In this document: piece after piece, positions 38,381 through 46,992 of the stretch | Layout: each line of letters begins with the position of its first letter | How positions within the stretch are numbered: the first letter of the stretch is position 1 | Source: Candidatus Poriferihabitaceae bacterium | GTDB lineage: Bacteria > Pseudomonadota > Gammaproteobacteria > Arenicellales > Poriferihabitantaceae | Direction: 5' to 3' | Length of the DNA stretch: 64,000 nt | Assembly (NCBI GenBank): GCA_965237485.1 | Contig: CBDEFQ010000009.1 | Coordinates: forward strand, 89,778-153,777 | The notes under the pieces: generated by a model | Seen by the model: the letters and a program-made list of their open reading frames with translations, nothing else | Told to the model about the DNA's origin: nothing | The model's database searches: none | Program-made: the position numbers and the translations under genes

Positions 38381-38713
38381 GTGATGAAATTATTACTACG
38401 CATGATTCTGTTAATAGCTCTATCGATATCAAACCAAGTAATGGCAGCTCCGATTTCCACACCATTACCGGCATGGTTTTTATTAGCAGCGTGTAAAGAA
38501 TCCGAAACCAATGAATACGCTAGAGGCTTTTGCGGTGGAGCAATAGATGCTCTATACAGCTCAATCCAGGAATGGTGTGTTCCTGGCAGTATTACTCATG
38601 GGGAGATTAAAGCGCATATTAAGAACGAGCTCTTAAAAACTGACCCACCTTTTTCAAAAACTGCATTTGAGTTTATAAATAGGTCGGTTCAAGAGGCATG
38701 GCCATGTCACTGA
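38381..38713 (+). CDS. Secreted Rap1a/Tai4-like protein (T6SS amidase-immunity-type fold); the likely start is the ATG at 38384
   Basis: Signal peptide MKLLLRMILLIALSISNQVMA. Pattern C..(n)..GFCGGAIDAL..WCVPGSITHGEIKAHIKNELLK..PP...A..FINRSVQEAWPC matches my recollection of the Rap1a family consensus (C, GY.G..D, C.P..vt..q, fPC). Confidence 0.5.
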   Translation: MMKLLLRMILLIALSISNQVMAAPISTPLPAWFLLAACKESETNEYARGFCGGAIDALYSSIQEWCVPGSITHGEIKAHIKNELLKTDPPFSKTAFEFINRSVQEAWPCH

Positions 38714-38734
38714 GAGGCTAGTCTGGATACGAAG

Positions 38735-38753
38735 AAAGGGGTCAGACCCCTTT
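38735..38753 (+). terminator. Candidate terminator hairpin
   Basis: AAAGGGG-TCAGA-CCCCTTT 22 nt after the stop. Only a short T tract. Confidence 0.45.
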
Positions 38754-39013
38754 AAAGCTGTGACCACTCCTAACGAATAAGGATAAGTCGCCGCGCAGCC
38801 GCGACTTTATCCAATTGTTGAACAAGCCCGGGGGGTTACCTCTATTAAGTAAATATATCCGCTACTGGTCCTTGTGACTTTAAGCGTTCAGGGTTTCGCT
38901 TAAGATTGCAGGCGAGTGGGCGTCTCACTCGCCGAGTGATGGTACTTTCTTATTGCATAAAGCTGGGGTCCTCCGTATTAAGTGACTTTAGTGAGCTTGT
39001 TGGATCTAAGCAA

Positions 39014-40051
39014 TTAACCTGATTCGAAGCGACGGCGACAAAAGCCAATGATAACCAGAGGCGTGGCGCAGTGCTTGCAACGCCAAATTGGTCTTTGTCG
39101 TTTTGGCCTGATTGGTCCGGACGGTACAACCACCTGCAAGGCCCATTGCACTCGCTTTAAGGTTTGTTTGGCGTTGCCGTGCACAAAACCGTAATCGCGC
39201 ACCCGGCGAAACCCCTTTGGTAGAACGTGTTGCAAAACCAATGCAATGAACGCCTTTGAGTCGAGGCAGCGGGTGCGGGATTTGCCTTTGTTGTCCTGAT
39301 AACGAAAGGTGATTTGACCATCGCGATCACTGAGAATATTGTTCTCACTAATAACCCCGCGATACAGATACCGCGAGAGATATTTAAACGCCGGTAAGCC
39401 TTTGCCAATCTGCTTGCAGTGCACGATCCAGTGTTTTGGGGTGCAGGGAAGATCAAGATCGGCTGCTCGCAAAGCCCGTAGTAGCCGAGCACGGAACACG
39501 CAGGCAAGCGCCTTGCCATTGAACAAGTAGTTGCCGGGCTTGGATTGCCACAACGCTTTGTCCTTTGATAAGCCCCCATTGGGAAACACCACATGCACAT
39601 GCGGGTGGTAATCGAGCTTGCGAGTATGGGTGTGTAAAACGGTGCTAAAGCCAATGTGCTCTGCACACTTAATATCGTTCTTGGCGAAGGTTTTAAGCGT
39701 ACTGGCGGCGCAATCCATGAGTGCGTCATACACGGTTTTGGAATGGTGCTTGGCTATACGACGCAGTTCATAAGGCAAGGTAAAGGTCACCATAAAGTAA
39801 TCACAAGGCAATAATTTTGTGCTCTGGCGATCCAGCCATTCACTGCTGGCATGATTCAGACAGCGAGGGCAACTGCGGTGGCCACAGGAGCGCGGGTGGT
39901 TTTGTGATTCATTGCACTGGCCACAATGCGTAAGCATAAGACCATATTGGGCCGTGCGGCACCCGCTAATGGCGTTGGCGGCGCTGCGCTCTGCGCCGCC
40001 CAACAGGCACAAAGCATCGGGATGGCGGTTTAGTATCGAGGCGAGTTCCAT
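39014..40051 (-). CDS. IS91-family (HUH, Y2) transposase
   Basis: Zn-binding CGHRSCPRC, HUH region HTHTRKLDYHPHVHVV, Y2 region YLSRYLYRG. Confidence 0.85.
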   Translation of the reverse strand: MELASILNRHPDALCLLGGAERSAANAISGCRTAQYGLMLTHCGQCNESQNHPRSCGHRSCPRCLNHASSEWLDRQSTKLLPCDYFMVTFTLPYELRRIAKHHSKTVYDALMDCAASTLKTFAKNDIKCAEHIGFSTVLHTHTRKLDYHPHVHVVFPNGGLSKDKALWQSKPGNYLFNGKALACVFRARLLRALRAADLDLPCTPKHWIVHCKQIGKGLPAFKYLSRYLYRGVISENNILSDRDGQITFRYQDNKGKSRTRCLDSKAFIALVLQHVLPKGFRRVRDYGFVHGNAKQTLKRVQWALQVVVPSGPIRPKRQRPIWRCKHCATPLVIIGFCRRRFESG

Positions 40052-40950
40052 TAGGCGATCACCTCAAAGTCCAAGCCATCAATCAAGGTGTTTATCCGCG
40101 AGCCGGTGTTGCGTTGCACCACGTCGGTGAGTTGCGTGTAAAGCACCGTTGTCTTGGGACATTCATGGCCCATCTCGCGCTGGATGGCGCGCAAGTGAAC
40201 GCCTGACTCGACCAAGTGTGCGCCATAGCAGTGGCGAAAGGTGTGAATGGTAACGCGCTTATGAATGCCGCAACTTTTGACGATGACCTTAACCGATTTT
40301 TGCAAGCCGCCGCGGTCCATCGGTGCGCTGGCTGAGCGGCGAAGTTGGTTGGTTTTTCCCTGAGGAAATAGCCATTTAGGGTTACGATGACTGGCCCAAT
40401 AAGTGCGCAATAAATCGAGCGTTCGATCAGGCAAAAATACAAACCGATCTTTACGACCTTTGCCGCAACGTACATGCACTTTATGGCGAGCACTGTCGAT
40501 GTCAGCAATGGTCAGGTTGAGCGCCTCGCTCAAGCGCAGCCCCATGCTGTACACGCACAAAAGATAAGTTTGGTAACGCGCTTCGCGTGTCTGGTTGATG
40601 ACGCGGCCCACTTCCTCCGTCGACAGAATATCAGGCAGAGTTTGAACCCTAGGCGGTTTTACAATCTCTATCCACTGCCAAGATTTGTTGAGAATGTAGC
40701 GATAAAAGAATTGCAGGCCGTTACGGTCGAGTTTTACCGTAGACCAGGAATGGCTGTGCACCAGAGACAAGAAGTAGTCCCGTAATTGTTGTTGGCTGAG
40801 CTGGTCGGGACAACAATCAAAGAACGCCGACACTCGGCGCACAGCTCGCGAATAGCTATCTATAGTTGCGTCGGCTTTGCCTTGCAGGCGAAGTACATTA
40901 ATATGTTGTTGGTAAAGAGAGTCAAAACGAGTTTGATCTGATGAGTTCAT
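40051..40950 (-). CDS. Tyrosine site-specific recombinase (phage-integrase family)
   Basis: 299 aa. N-terminal SAM-like domain, catalytic region GLRLSEALNL, HTFRHCYGAHL, GHECPKTTVLYTQL. Confidence 0.85.
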   Translation of the reverse strand: MNSSDQTRFDSLYQQHINVLRLQGKADATIDSYSRAVRRVSAFFDCCPDQLSQQQLRDYFLSLVHSHSWSTVKLDRNGLQFFYRYILNKSWQWIEIVKPPRVQTLPDILSTEEVGRVINQTREARYQTYLLCVYSMGLRLSEALNLTIADIDSARHKVHVRCGKGRKDRFVFLPDRTLDLLRTYWASHRNPKWLFPQGKTNQLRRSASAPMDRGGLQKSVKVIVKSCGIHKRVTIHTFRHCYGAHLVESGVHLRAIQREMGHECPKTTVLYTQLTDVVQRNTGSRINTLIDGLDFEVIA

Positions 40951-41863
40951 TATTTATTCCTATAAAACACACACTCAACATTGAGGGTGATAGGAATAGT
41001 GTGCTCGTTGTTGGCTCTCTTTGCCGCTTAGCGGCTTCGTTCAACAACCTAATTGATAAAAACGGCGATCTAGTCTTTAGCGATAAGCAAGCAGATCGGT
41101 TTGAAAAACGAATGGCTAAGATGGAGTTTTCATTTGGCCAAGGTGGGTATCAACCTACCGAGTTTATTAAACGTCACTTTCCAGCAGGCTATTTCGGTAC
41201 GCTCATTGTTGATGAAGGTCATGAGTACAAAAACCAAAACTCGGCTCAAGGCCAAGCGATGGGTGTGTTAGCGATGCGTTGTAAAAAAGTGATATTGCTG
41301 ACAGGTACTTTAATGGGTGGCTATGCTGATGATCTTTTTCATTTACTTTGGCGAATCATGCCAGAGAAAATGATTGAAGATGGTTTTCAGTATAACCAGC
41401 GGGGCGGTCTATCTGCTGCAACGATGTCATTTATGCGTGAACATGGTGTTCTTAAAGATGTTTATAAGGAAACCAACGATGGCAACCATAAAACCGCCCG
41501 TGGTCAAAAAACTTCGGTGCAAACATCCAAGGCACCGGGCTTTAGTCCTGAAGGCATTATGCGTTTTGTATTGCCTTACACTGCTTTTCTGCGTTTAACA
41601 GACTTAGATGACAGTGGCCTACCTGCTATTACAGAGGAATATATCAATGTTAAGATGACTGAATTACAACGAGAGAAGTATGACAGTCTTGCATCATCTT
41701 TGACTACAGAGCTTCGACAAGCACTGCGTAAAGGTGATCGGACATTGATGGGCGTGGTGATCAATGCGTTGTTAGCATGGCCTGATTGCTGTTTTAAACC
41801 TGAAACGGTCAAACATCCTAGATCAAGAGAGGTTTTAGCTTTTGTGCCATCCATCTTTGATGA
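40941..41863 (+). pseudogene. Internal fragment of an SNF2-family helicase, truncated at both ends by mobile elements
   Basis: TLIVDEGHEYKNQNSAQGQA (motif II), VILLTGTLMGGYADDLFHLL (motif III). No helicase C-terminal domain. 5' side abuts the IS91-type element and 3' side runs into IS256 copy 3 (same chimeric tail SYARIWCMRHFLQAASV). Confidence 0.7.
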
Positions 41864-43257
41864 GAGTTATGCCCGAATCTGGTGTATGAGGCATTTTCTT
41901 CAAGCGGCCTCGGTTTGATCTGAGTAGTCATTAGTTTGCTCTATTCCATCTTTAAATGGAACCCCTTGAATCACTTTTGCTAGATAGGCGAACCCGCGTA
42001 TTCGGTTCCACTTTTTCTCTGCGCACTGACCCAGCTTGAACATCATACTTAACATGCCATCACGGCTAAGACATCCCTTGCATCGTTTGGTACGGTGTCG
42101 GATAGTCGCGAATGTTGATTCAATTGGATTCGTAGTACCTATGCTCATCCAGTGCTTGGCAGGGAACGAGTAGAACGTCATTAACTCTTCGCGATCTTTT
42201 TCCAAGCACTGCGTGGCTTTTGGATACTTGTCTTGACAGGTTTTAATGAATAATTGATAGGCGCTTTGCGCCGCTTCTTTGGTTTCTTCCTGCCAAATGT
42301 TATGCAGAGCTGCTTTTGCTTTGGGCTGCACCGATTTAGGCAGCTTGTTCAGCACGTTGGCCGTTTTATGCACCCGGCACCGTTGATGTTTAGTGCCAGG
42401 ATAGACTTCTTCCAGGGCATTCCAAAAGCCTAAAGTACCATCACCGATGCCCAGCTCTGGTTGATTCAGGCCTCGCTCCTTGAGTGCCAACAACACCTCT
42501 CGCCAACTCTGCGTAGACTCTCGCTCACCGTCTTCAATCGCCAGTAATTTCTTGTGACCGCGCTCATTCACTCCGATGACAACTAAGGCACAGAGCCGGC
42601 CCTCATCGCCGCGCAGGCCGCTGTGTATCCCGTCCGCCCATAGATAAACCCATCGATCTCGATCTAAACCTTCTCTATTCCAATCCTTGTACTCCTGAGA
42701 CCACGTTGCTTTGAGCTTACTCACTGTGCTTGATGATAACCCAGTCGCTGATTGACCCACTAGCACGCTCAGTGCATCCCCCATTTCTCCAGTGCTGACA
42801 CCCTTGAGATACAGCCAAGGCAAGGCCGCTTCTAGTGTTCTCGTTTTACGCACATACGGCGGCACTAAAGCAGATCGAAAGGTGATCGGTACTCCAGTGC
42901 GGGAGCGCACCTTGGGGATACGTACTTTGACTGGGCCGATCCCGGTTTGCAGTTCACGTTCTGGCAAATAGCCGTTACGAACGACACCAGCGTGTCCTGA
43001 ATCTGAGACTTTGTCACAATTGCGATACAGCAGTTCAGATAACTCACTCTCGATCGCGGTTTGAATGAGTTGCCTGGCACCATTGCGAATCAATTCTTGC
43101 AGCGGATCGATGCTTTGCTCTGGCTTTTCAAAGGAAATAATTTTATTCTGTTTCATAGTGGCGTATGTCTGTGGAAGTTTAAGTTGTTGTAAACTCAACT
43201 CATCCCGATACGCCGCTTTTAGTCAACTACTCCATACACCACTTTCAGGCATAACTC
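41864..43257 (-). mobile_element. IS256-family insertion sequence, copy 3
   Basis: Same unit. Flanks CTTTGATGA / TTGTTTGAA, with no exact target duplication. Confidence 0.9.
41900..43198 (-). CDS. IS256-family transposase (several substitutions in conserved motifs)
   Basis: Full-length. HQRCRVHKTAN (W to R) and SIGTTNPIES (R to G) relative to copy 1. Confidence 0.8.
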   Translation of the reverse strand: MSLQQLKLPQTYATMKQNKIISFEKPEQSIDPLQELIRNGARQLIQTAIESELSELLYRNCDKVSDSGHAGVVRNGYLPERELQTGIGPVKVRIPKVRSRTGVPITFRSALVPPYVRKTRTLEAALPWLYLKGVSTGEMGDALSVLVGQSATGLSSSTVSKLKATWSQEYKDWNREGLDRDRWVYLWADGIHSGLRGDEGRLCALVVIGVNERGHKKLLAIEDGERESTQSWREVLLALKERGLNQPELGIGDGTLGFWNALEEVYPGTKHQRCRVHKTANVLNKLPKSVQPKAKAALHNIWQEETKEAAQSAYQLFIKTCQDKYPKATQCLEKDREELMTFYSFPAKHWMSIGTTNPIESTFATIRHRTKRCKGCLSRDGMLSMMFKLGQCAEKKWNRIRGFAYLAKVIQGVPFKDGIEQTNDYSDQTEAA

Positions 43258-43313
43258 TTGTTTGAAACGTTCTTGCTGGTATGAATATTTATGCTAATTA
43301 GTATAGGCGGCTT

Positions 43314-43475
43314 ATGTTGCCCGATGTTAATCAGTATTTACCTTATTTGCAGGAGTTTGATCTTTCTGATGAGAAGAAAGCGGAGTTAGTTCGTATTGTC
43401 TGGTTTTTGCTGGAAAGTCAGGTGGATCAGGCATTCGATGATCATGTAGAGAGTAATGAATTTAAAAAGCATTAA
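43314..43475 (+). CDS. Hypothetical 53-aa acidic protein immediately upstream of the serine recombinase
   Basis: Own reading: MLPDVNQYLPYLQEFDLSDEKKAELVRIVWFLLESQVDQAFDDHVESNEFKKH. Below the ORF-track length cutoff. In-frame TAG just upstream. Confidence 0.3.
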   Translation: MLPDVNQYLPYLQEFDLSDEKKAELVRIVWFLLESQVDQAFDDHVESNEFKKH

Positions 43476-43492
43476 TAACGAGAGGTAGCAGT

Positions 43493-45028
43493 ATGGCAGT
43501 TAATCAAAAAGCAGTTATTTATTGTCGGGTATCCAGTGTGGCGCCGTTACAAAAAGGTGATGGGCTAGCTTCGCAGGAAACCCGCTGTCGGGATTATGCA
43601 CGACATAAGGGTTATTCGGTATGTGAAGTCTTTAAGGATGAAGGCGCAAGTGGTGGAATAATTGATCGTCCTGCTATGCAAGCCATGTTGATGTTTTTAA
43701 GTCAAGGCAGTAAGCAACAGTATATTGTGTTGATTGATGATATTTCGCGCTTGGCTCGTGGGCTGGAGGCACATATTCAGTTACGCACGTCTATTAGTGC
43801 GACTGGGGGTAAGTTGGAGAGTCCTTCGATTGAGTTTGGTGAAGATTCTGATTCTGTTTTGGTAGAGCATTTACTAGCTTCGGTGTCACAGCATCAACGA
43901 CAGAAGAATGCGGAGCAAACGTCTAACAGGATGAAGGCGCGAGTGATGAATGGCTATTGGGTGTTTAATCCACCGTTGGGCTATCGTTTTTCACAGGTAG
44001 CTGGTCATAGTGGTCAGGTATTGATACCTGATGAACCTGTAGCGTCTGTGATTAAAGCCGCATTGGAGGGTTTTGCATTTGGACGTTTTGAGACTCAGGG
44101 TGAGGTGAAGCGATTTCTGGATCAGTCACCGCACTATCCGAAAGATAGTAGTGGGGAGGTACGGTTTCAGCGGGTGACTAACCTTTTGAACAAGGTGATT
44201 TATACGGGTTATATTGAAGTACCGAATTGGGGTATTTCTCTTAGGCAAGGGAAACATGAGGCGTTGATTGGTTTTGAAACTTGGAAGGCGATTCAGGAAA
44301 AATTACATGGCAAACCCAAAGCACCGACTCGCAAGGATGTCAGCGCGGATTTATACGCTGTGCATGTTGTCAACATCCGATGACGGCATGTTGGTCGAAA
44401 GGTAGAAAGACGGCCTACCCTTACTAATATGTGTTTTAAGAAAGGCTGTTCCGATTATCGTAAGTCGATTAATAGAGAAAAGGTTGAGGGTGAGTTTGAA
44501 GATCTGTTGAGTGGTATTAGACCGACTAAAGCAGTGATGGATATGGCTGATACGATGTTTAAGACTTTGTGGGAAAAGAAAGCGAATAGTCAGCAACAGG
44601 ATAGAATGTTGTTTAAACGTGAGTTGCAGCAAACTGAGAAGCAGATTGAGGGTTTGTTGGATCGAATGGTGGATGCTCAGAGCGAAACGGTGATGTTAGC
44701 TTTTGAGCGGAAGGTGAAATCATTGGAAGAAAATAAACTGATTTTGAATGAAAAAATTGCGCGTTGTGGGTCTGCGCTACCCGACTATGATGAAACTTTT
44801 CGAACCGCACTGAAGTTTATTGAAGACCCGCAGAAACTCTGGCATTCAGGCCGTTTAGAGGATAGGCAAAATACGTTAAAGATGGTGTTTTCTGGTGCGC
44901 TTGAGTATGACCGCAACAAGGGTTTTCGAACCGCTAGTTTTTCCTTACCTTTCAAGACCTTAGCGGCCTTGAAAGGGGGAAATTTTGATATGGCGGAGAG
45001 CGAGGGATTCGAACCCCCGGACCTTTGA
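43493..45028 (+). pseudogene. Large serine recombinase with at least two frameshifts in the zinc-ribbon region
   Basis: Resolvase domain AVIYCRVSS..GDGLASQ..DEGASGG..LIDDISRLAR. Recombinase domain NGYWVFNPPLGYRF. The Cys-rich segment GFIRCACCQHPMTACWSKGRKTAYPY is readable only in a second frame (about 44350-44420). The rest (CFKKGCSDYRKSINREKVEGEF.. coiled coil) is in a third frame (44429..45028). Confidence 0.8.
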
Positions 45029-45078
45029 CAGTCAACGGTTTTCAAGACCGCCGCATTCGACCACTCTGCCAGCTCTCC
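44991..45078 (-). tRNA. tRNA-Ser (anticodon UGA), CCA encoded
   Basis: GGAGAGC/GCTCTCC acceptor stem, D arm GGCAGAGTGGTCGAATGC, anticodon loop CTTGAAA, long variable arm GTTGACTGTCAAAGGTC, T arm CGGGGGTTCGAATCCCTCG, discriminator G plus CCA. Confidence 0.9.
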
Positions 45079-45282
45079 GGATTTATTACTTAACGTGCCA
45101 TTATTGGCATTTGGAGCTTAATTTTACTCCGAATGCGGCTTTTTCCCCGCATTATTCGACACGTCCTGAGTCTCACCCTTCGGGCCCGCTCGTTAAAAAT
45201 TCTTCAGGAAAGAATTTTCATGCTAACCCCTTTAGGGGTAAACCGCACGGATGCGGTGCGTAAAAAATGATCCTGTCATTTT

Positions 45283-45311
45283 TTCGACCACTCTGCCCGC
45301 TCTCCGGATTT
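45283..45311 (-). repeat. Duplicate of the tRNA-Ser 5' end (acceptor 5' strand plus D arm plus 6 upstream nt)
   Basis: TTCGACCACTCTGCCCGCTCTCCGGATTT matches 45056-45084 at 28 of 29 positions. The identity stops after the D-loop TCGAA. Confidence 0.85.
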
Positions 45312-45464
45312 GAAATTATTTTGCCTTTATTGGCTTGGATATTGCTCTTACCCCAAATGGGACGGCGATTATATATAAGCTAAGTACAGATGCCAAAGCT
45401 TATTACACTTTGCTAATGCACCGCTTTTATTCTAGCTAATTCCGCTTATAGTTAAGGGTCACTA

Positions 45465-46511
45465 TTAAACCAATGCTTCGATTTGTGTTTTAATCGCTGA
45501 GGACAACTTCGTTTTCATTTTGGGGCAGTGCTTATTTGCGCGCATGCGCTCTAATCGTATTAAACTGATTTCTCTCACCTTTTTATCAAAGCCACCTAAC
45601 GCCTGGTCCATAGCCTTAGTATCATTACATACGAGCAACAAGTCGCAGCCTGTTTTAAGCGCGTTGTCGCACCTCTCCTTGACTTTTAGCTTCTTCCCCG
45701 CTCCAGCCATCGTAAGGTCGTCGCTTACAATTAACCCTTCAAAGCCTAGCCTTTTGCGCAGAACTTCCTGCAACCAAAAATTTGAATAAGTCGGTATTTC
45801 TGCATCGATATTTGGGTAATTTACGTGGGCCGTCATCACCGCACCTAATTTGGTTACAAGTTCGCTGAATACATGCAAGTCACATTTTTCGATTTCCGCA
45901 AAACGGCGAAGATCAGCCGGTAGAGATGAATGCGAATCTTCCGTAACATGGCCGTGACCCGGAAAATGCTTTCCCGTAGCACGCATGCCTGCTACTTCCA
46001 TACCGCTGATATAAGCATTCGCGAGTAAAACAATTTGTTTAGGGTCTGCGTGCAAGGCGCGGTCCCCGATCACAGTATCACTATGCACACCAACGTCTAG
46101 AACAGGTGCAAAACTAAAATCTACGCCACAGTCAATCAGCTCTTCGGCCATGAGTTGGCCTGTCGAGCGCACAATCTTCAACACCGTCTCAGACTGCGTG
46201 CTTTCAAATTTATCCAACAACTCACCAAATTTAGCCATTGCTGGCAAAGCGGTAAAGCCCTCTTTAAAACGCTGCACACGCCCGCCTTCTTGATCTACAG
46301 CGATCAACAATTGGGGGGTACGAATTGAATGAATCTGTGCAATCAACTCCGCAACTTGTGTTCGTGAAGCAAAATTTCGTGAGAATAAAATGACGCCGCC
46401 TACTGCTGGATGCTGTAGACGCTCTACATCGTCGATGTCCAAACTAAGCCCCGCCACATCTAACATTACGCAGCCTAGTGGCATGGCGACCATGCCGCGT
46501 AAATTAGCCAT
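45465..46511 (-). CDS. nagZ: Beta-N-acetylhexosaminidase (peptidoglycan recycling)
   Basis: 348 aa. LIAVDQEGGRVQRF, KHFPGHGHVTEDSH, IVSDDLTMAG. Confidence 0.9.
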   Translation of the reverse strand: MANLRGMVAMPLGCVMLDVAGLSLDIDDVERLQHPAVGGVILFSRNFASRTQVAELIAQIHSIRTPQLLIAVDQEGGRVQRFKEGFTALPAMAKFGELLDKFESTQSETVLKIVRSTGQLMAEELIDCGVDFSFAPVLDVGVHSDTVIGDRALHADPKQIVLLANAYISGMEVAGMRATGKHFPGHGHVTEDSHSSLPADLRRFAEIEKCDLHVFSELVTKLGAVMTAHVNYPNIDAEIPTYSNFWLQEVLRKRLGFEGLIVSDDLTMAGAGKKLKVKERCDNALKTGCDLLLVCNDTKAMDQALGGFDKKVREISLIRLERMRANKHCPKMKTKLSSAIKTQIEALV

Positions 46512-46992
46512 TGATAATTACGGGCAGACCCACTTCAACTTGGTCAAATAGTTCTACAATATCTTGATTGCGCATACGAATGCAGCCATGCGAGCCTATT
46601 TCGCCCATTTTGACGTCATCAGGAGTGCCGTGGATATATACATAGCGGCGCATTGTATCAACATCACCAAGGCGATTCACGCCCACTTCGCTGCCGCTTA
46701 ACCATAAAATACGAGTTAATATCCAGTCTCGATCAGGGTAGGTTTTACGCATATCAGGTGCGAACTGTTCACTCGTTTGTCTACGCCCCACAAACACCGT
46801 GTTAGCCTCAACCCCACCGCCAATCTTCGCGCGAATAATGTGCTTACCTCTAGGTGTACACCCGCTGCCATTTTGTTCACCAACTCCGTTAGCAGCCGTT
46901 GAAACACTATATTCCTCTAACAACTGACCATCAGGCCCTACGTACTTTAGTGTTTGTTTAGGTACATCAATTTGGATATAAGCCTTGTTCAT
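46504..46992 (-). CDS. L,D-transpeptidase (YkuD) domain protein
   Basis: IHGTPDDVKMGEIGSHGCIRMRNQDIVELF catalytic H..SHGC motif. Confidence 0.8.
   Translation of the reverse strand: MNKAYIQIDVPKQTLKYVGPDGQLLEEYSVSTAANGVGEQNGSGCTPRGKHIIRAKIGGGVEANTVFVGRRQTSEQFAPDMRKTYPDRDWILTRILWLSGSEVGVNRLGDVDTMRRYVYIHGTPDDVKMGEIGSHGCIRMRNQDIVELFDQVEVGLPVIING

Larger units (their letters stand above)
38780..41000 (-). mobile_element. IS91-family element carrying an upstream tyrosine recombinase gene (ends approximate)
   Basis: Two co-oriented, 1-nt overlapping ORFs (integrase then Y2/HUH transposase). Hairpins downstream of the transposase: GGATAAGTCGC..GCGACTTTATCC at 38781-38812 and GGCGAGTG..CACTCGCC at 38911-38933. 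These are consistent with a rolling-circle IS end. Confidence 0.6.

Noticed and set aside
36620-43257. Composite transposon formed by IS256 copies 2 and 3
   Set aside because: The outer flanks (CAAGCCTGA and TTGTTTGAA) are unrelated, and both inner junctions truncate genes. This indicates rearrangement rather than mobilisation as a unit.
45079-45311. Split or intron-containing tRNA-Ser (5' half, ~200-nt insert, remainder)
   Set aside because: The downstream tRNA gene is complete on its own. The break point is in the D loop rather than the anticodon loop where bacterial group I introns sit. The insert also shows none of the group I core elements I can recognise.
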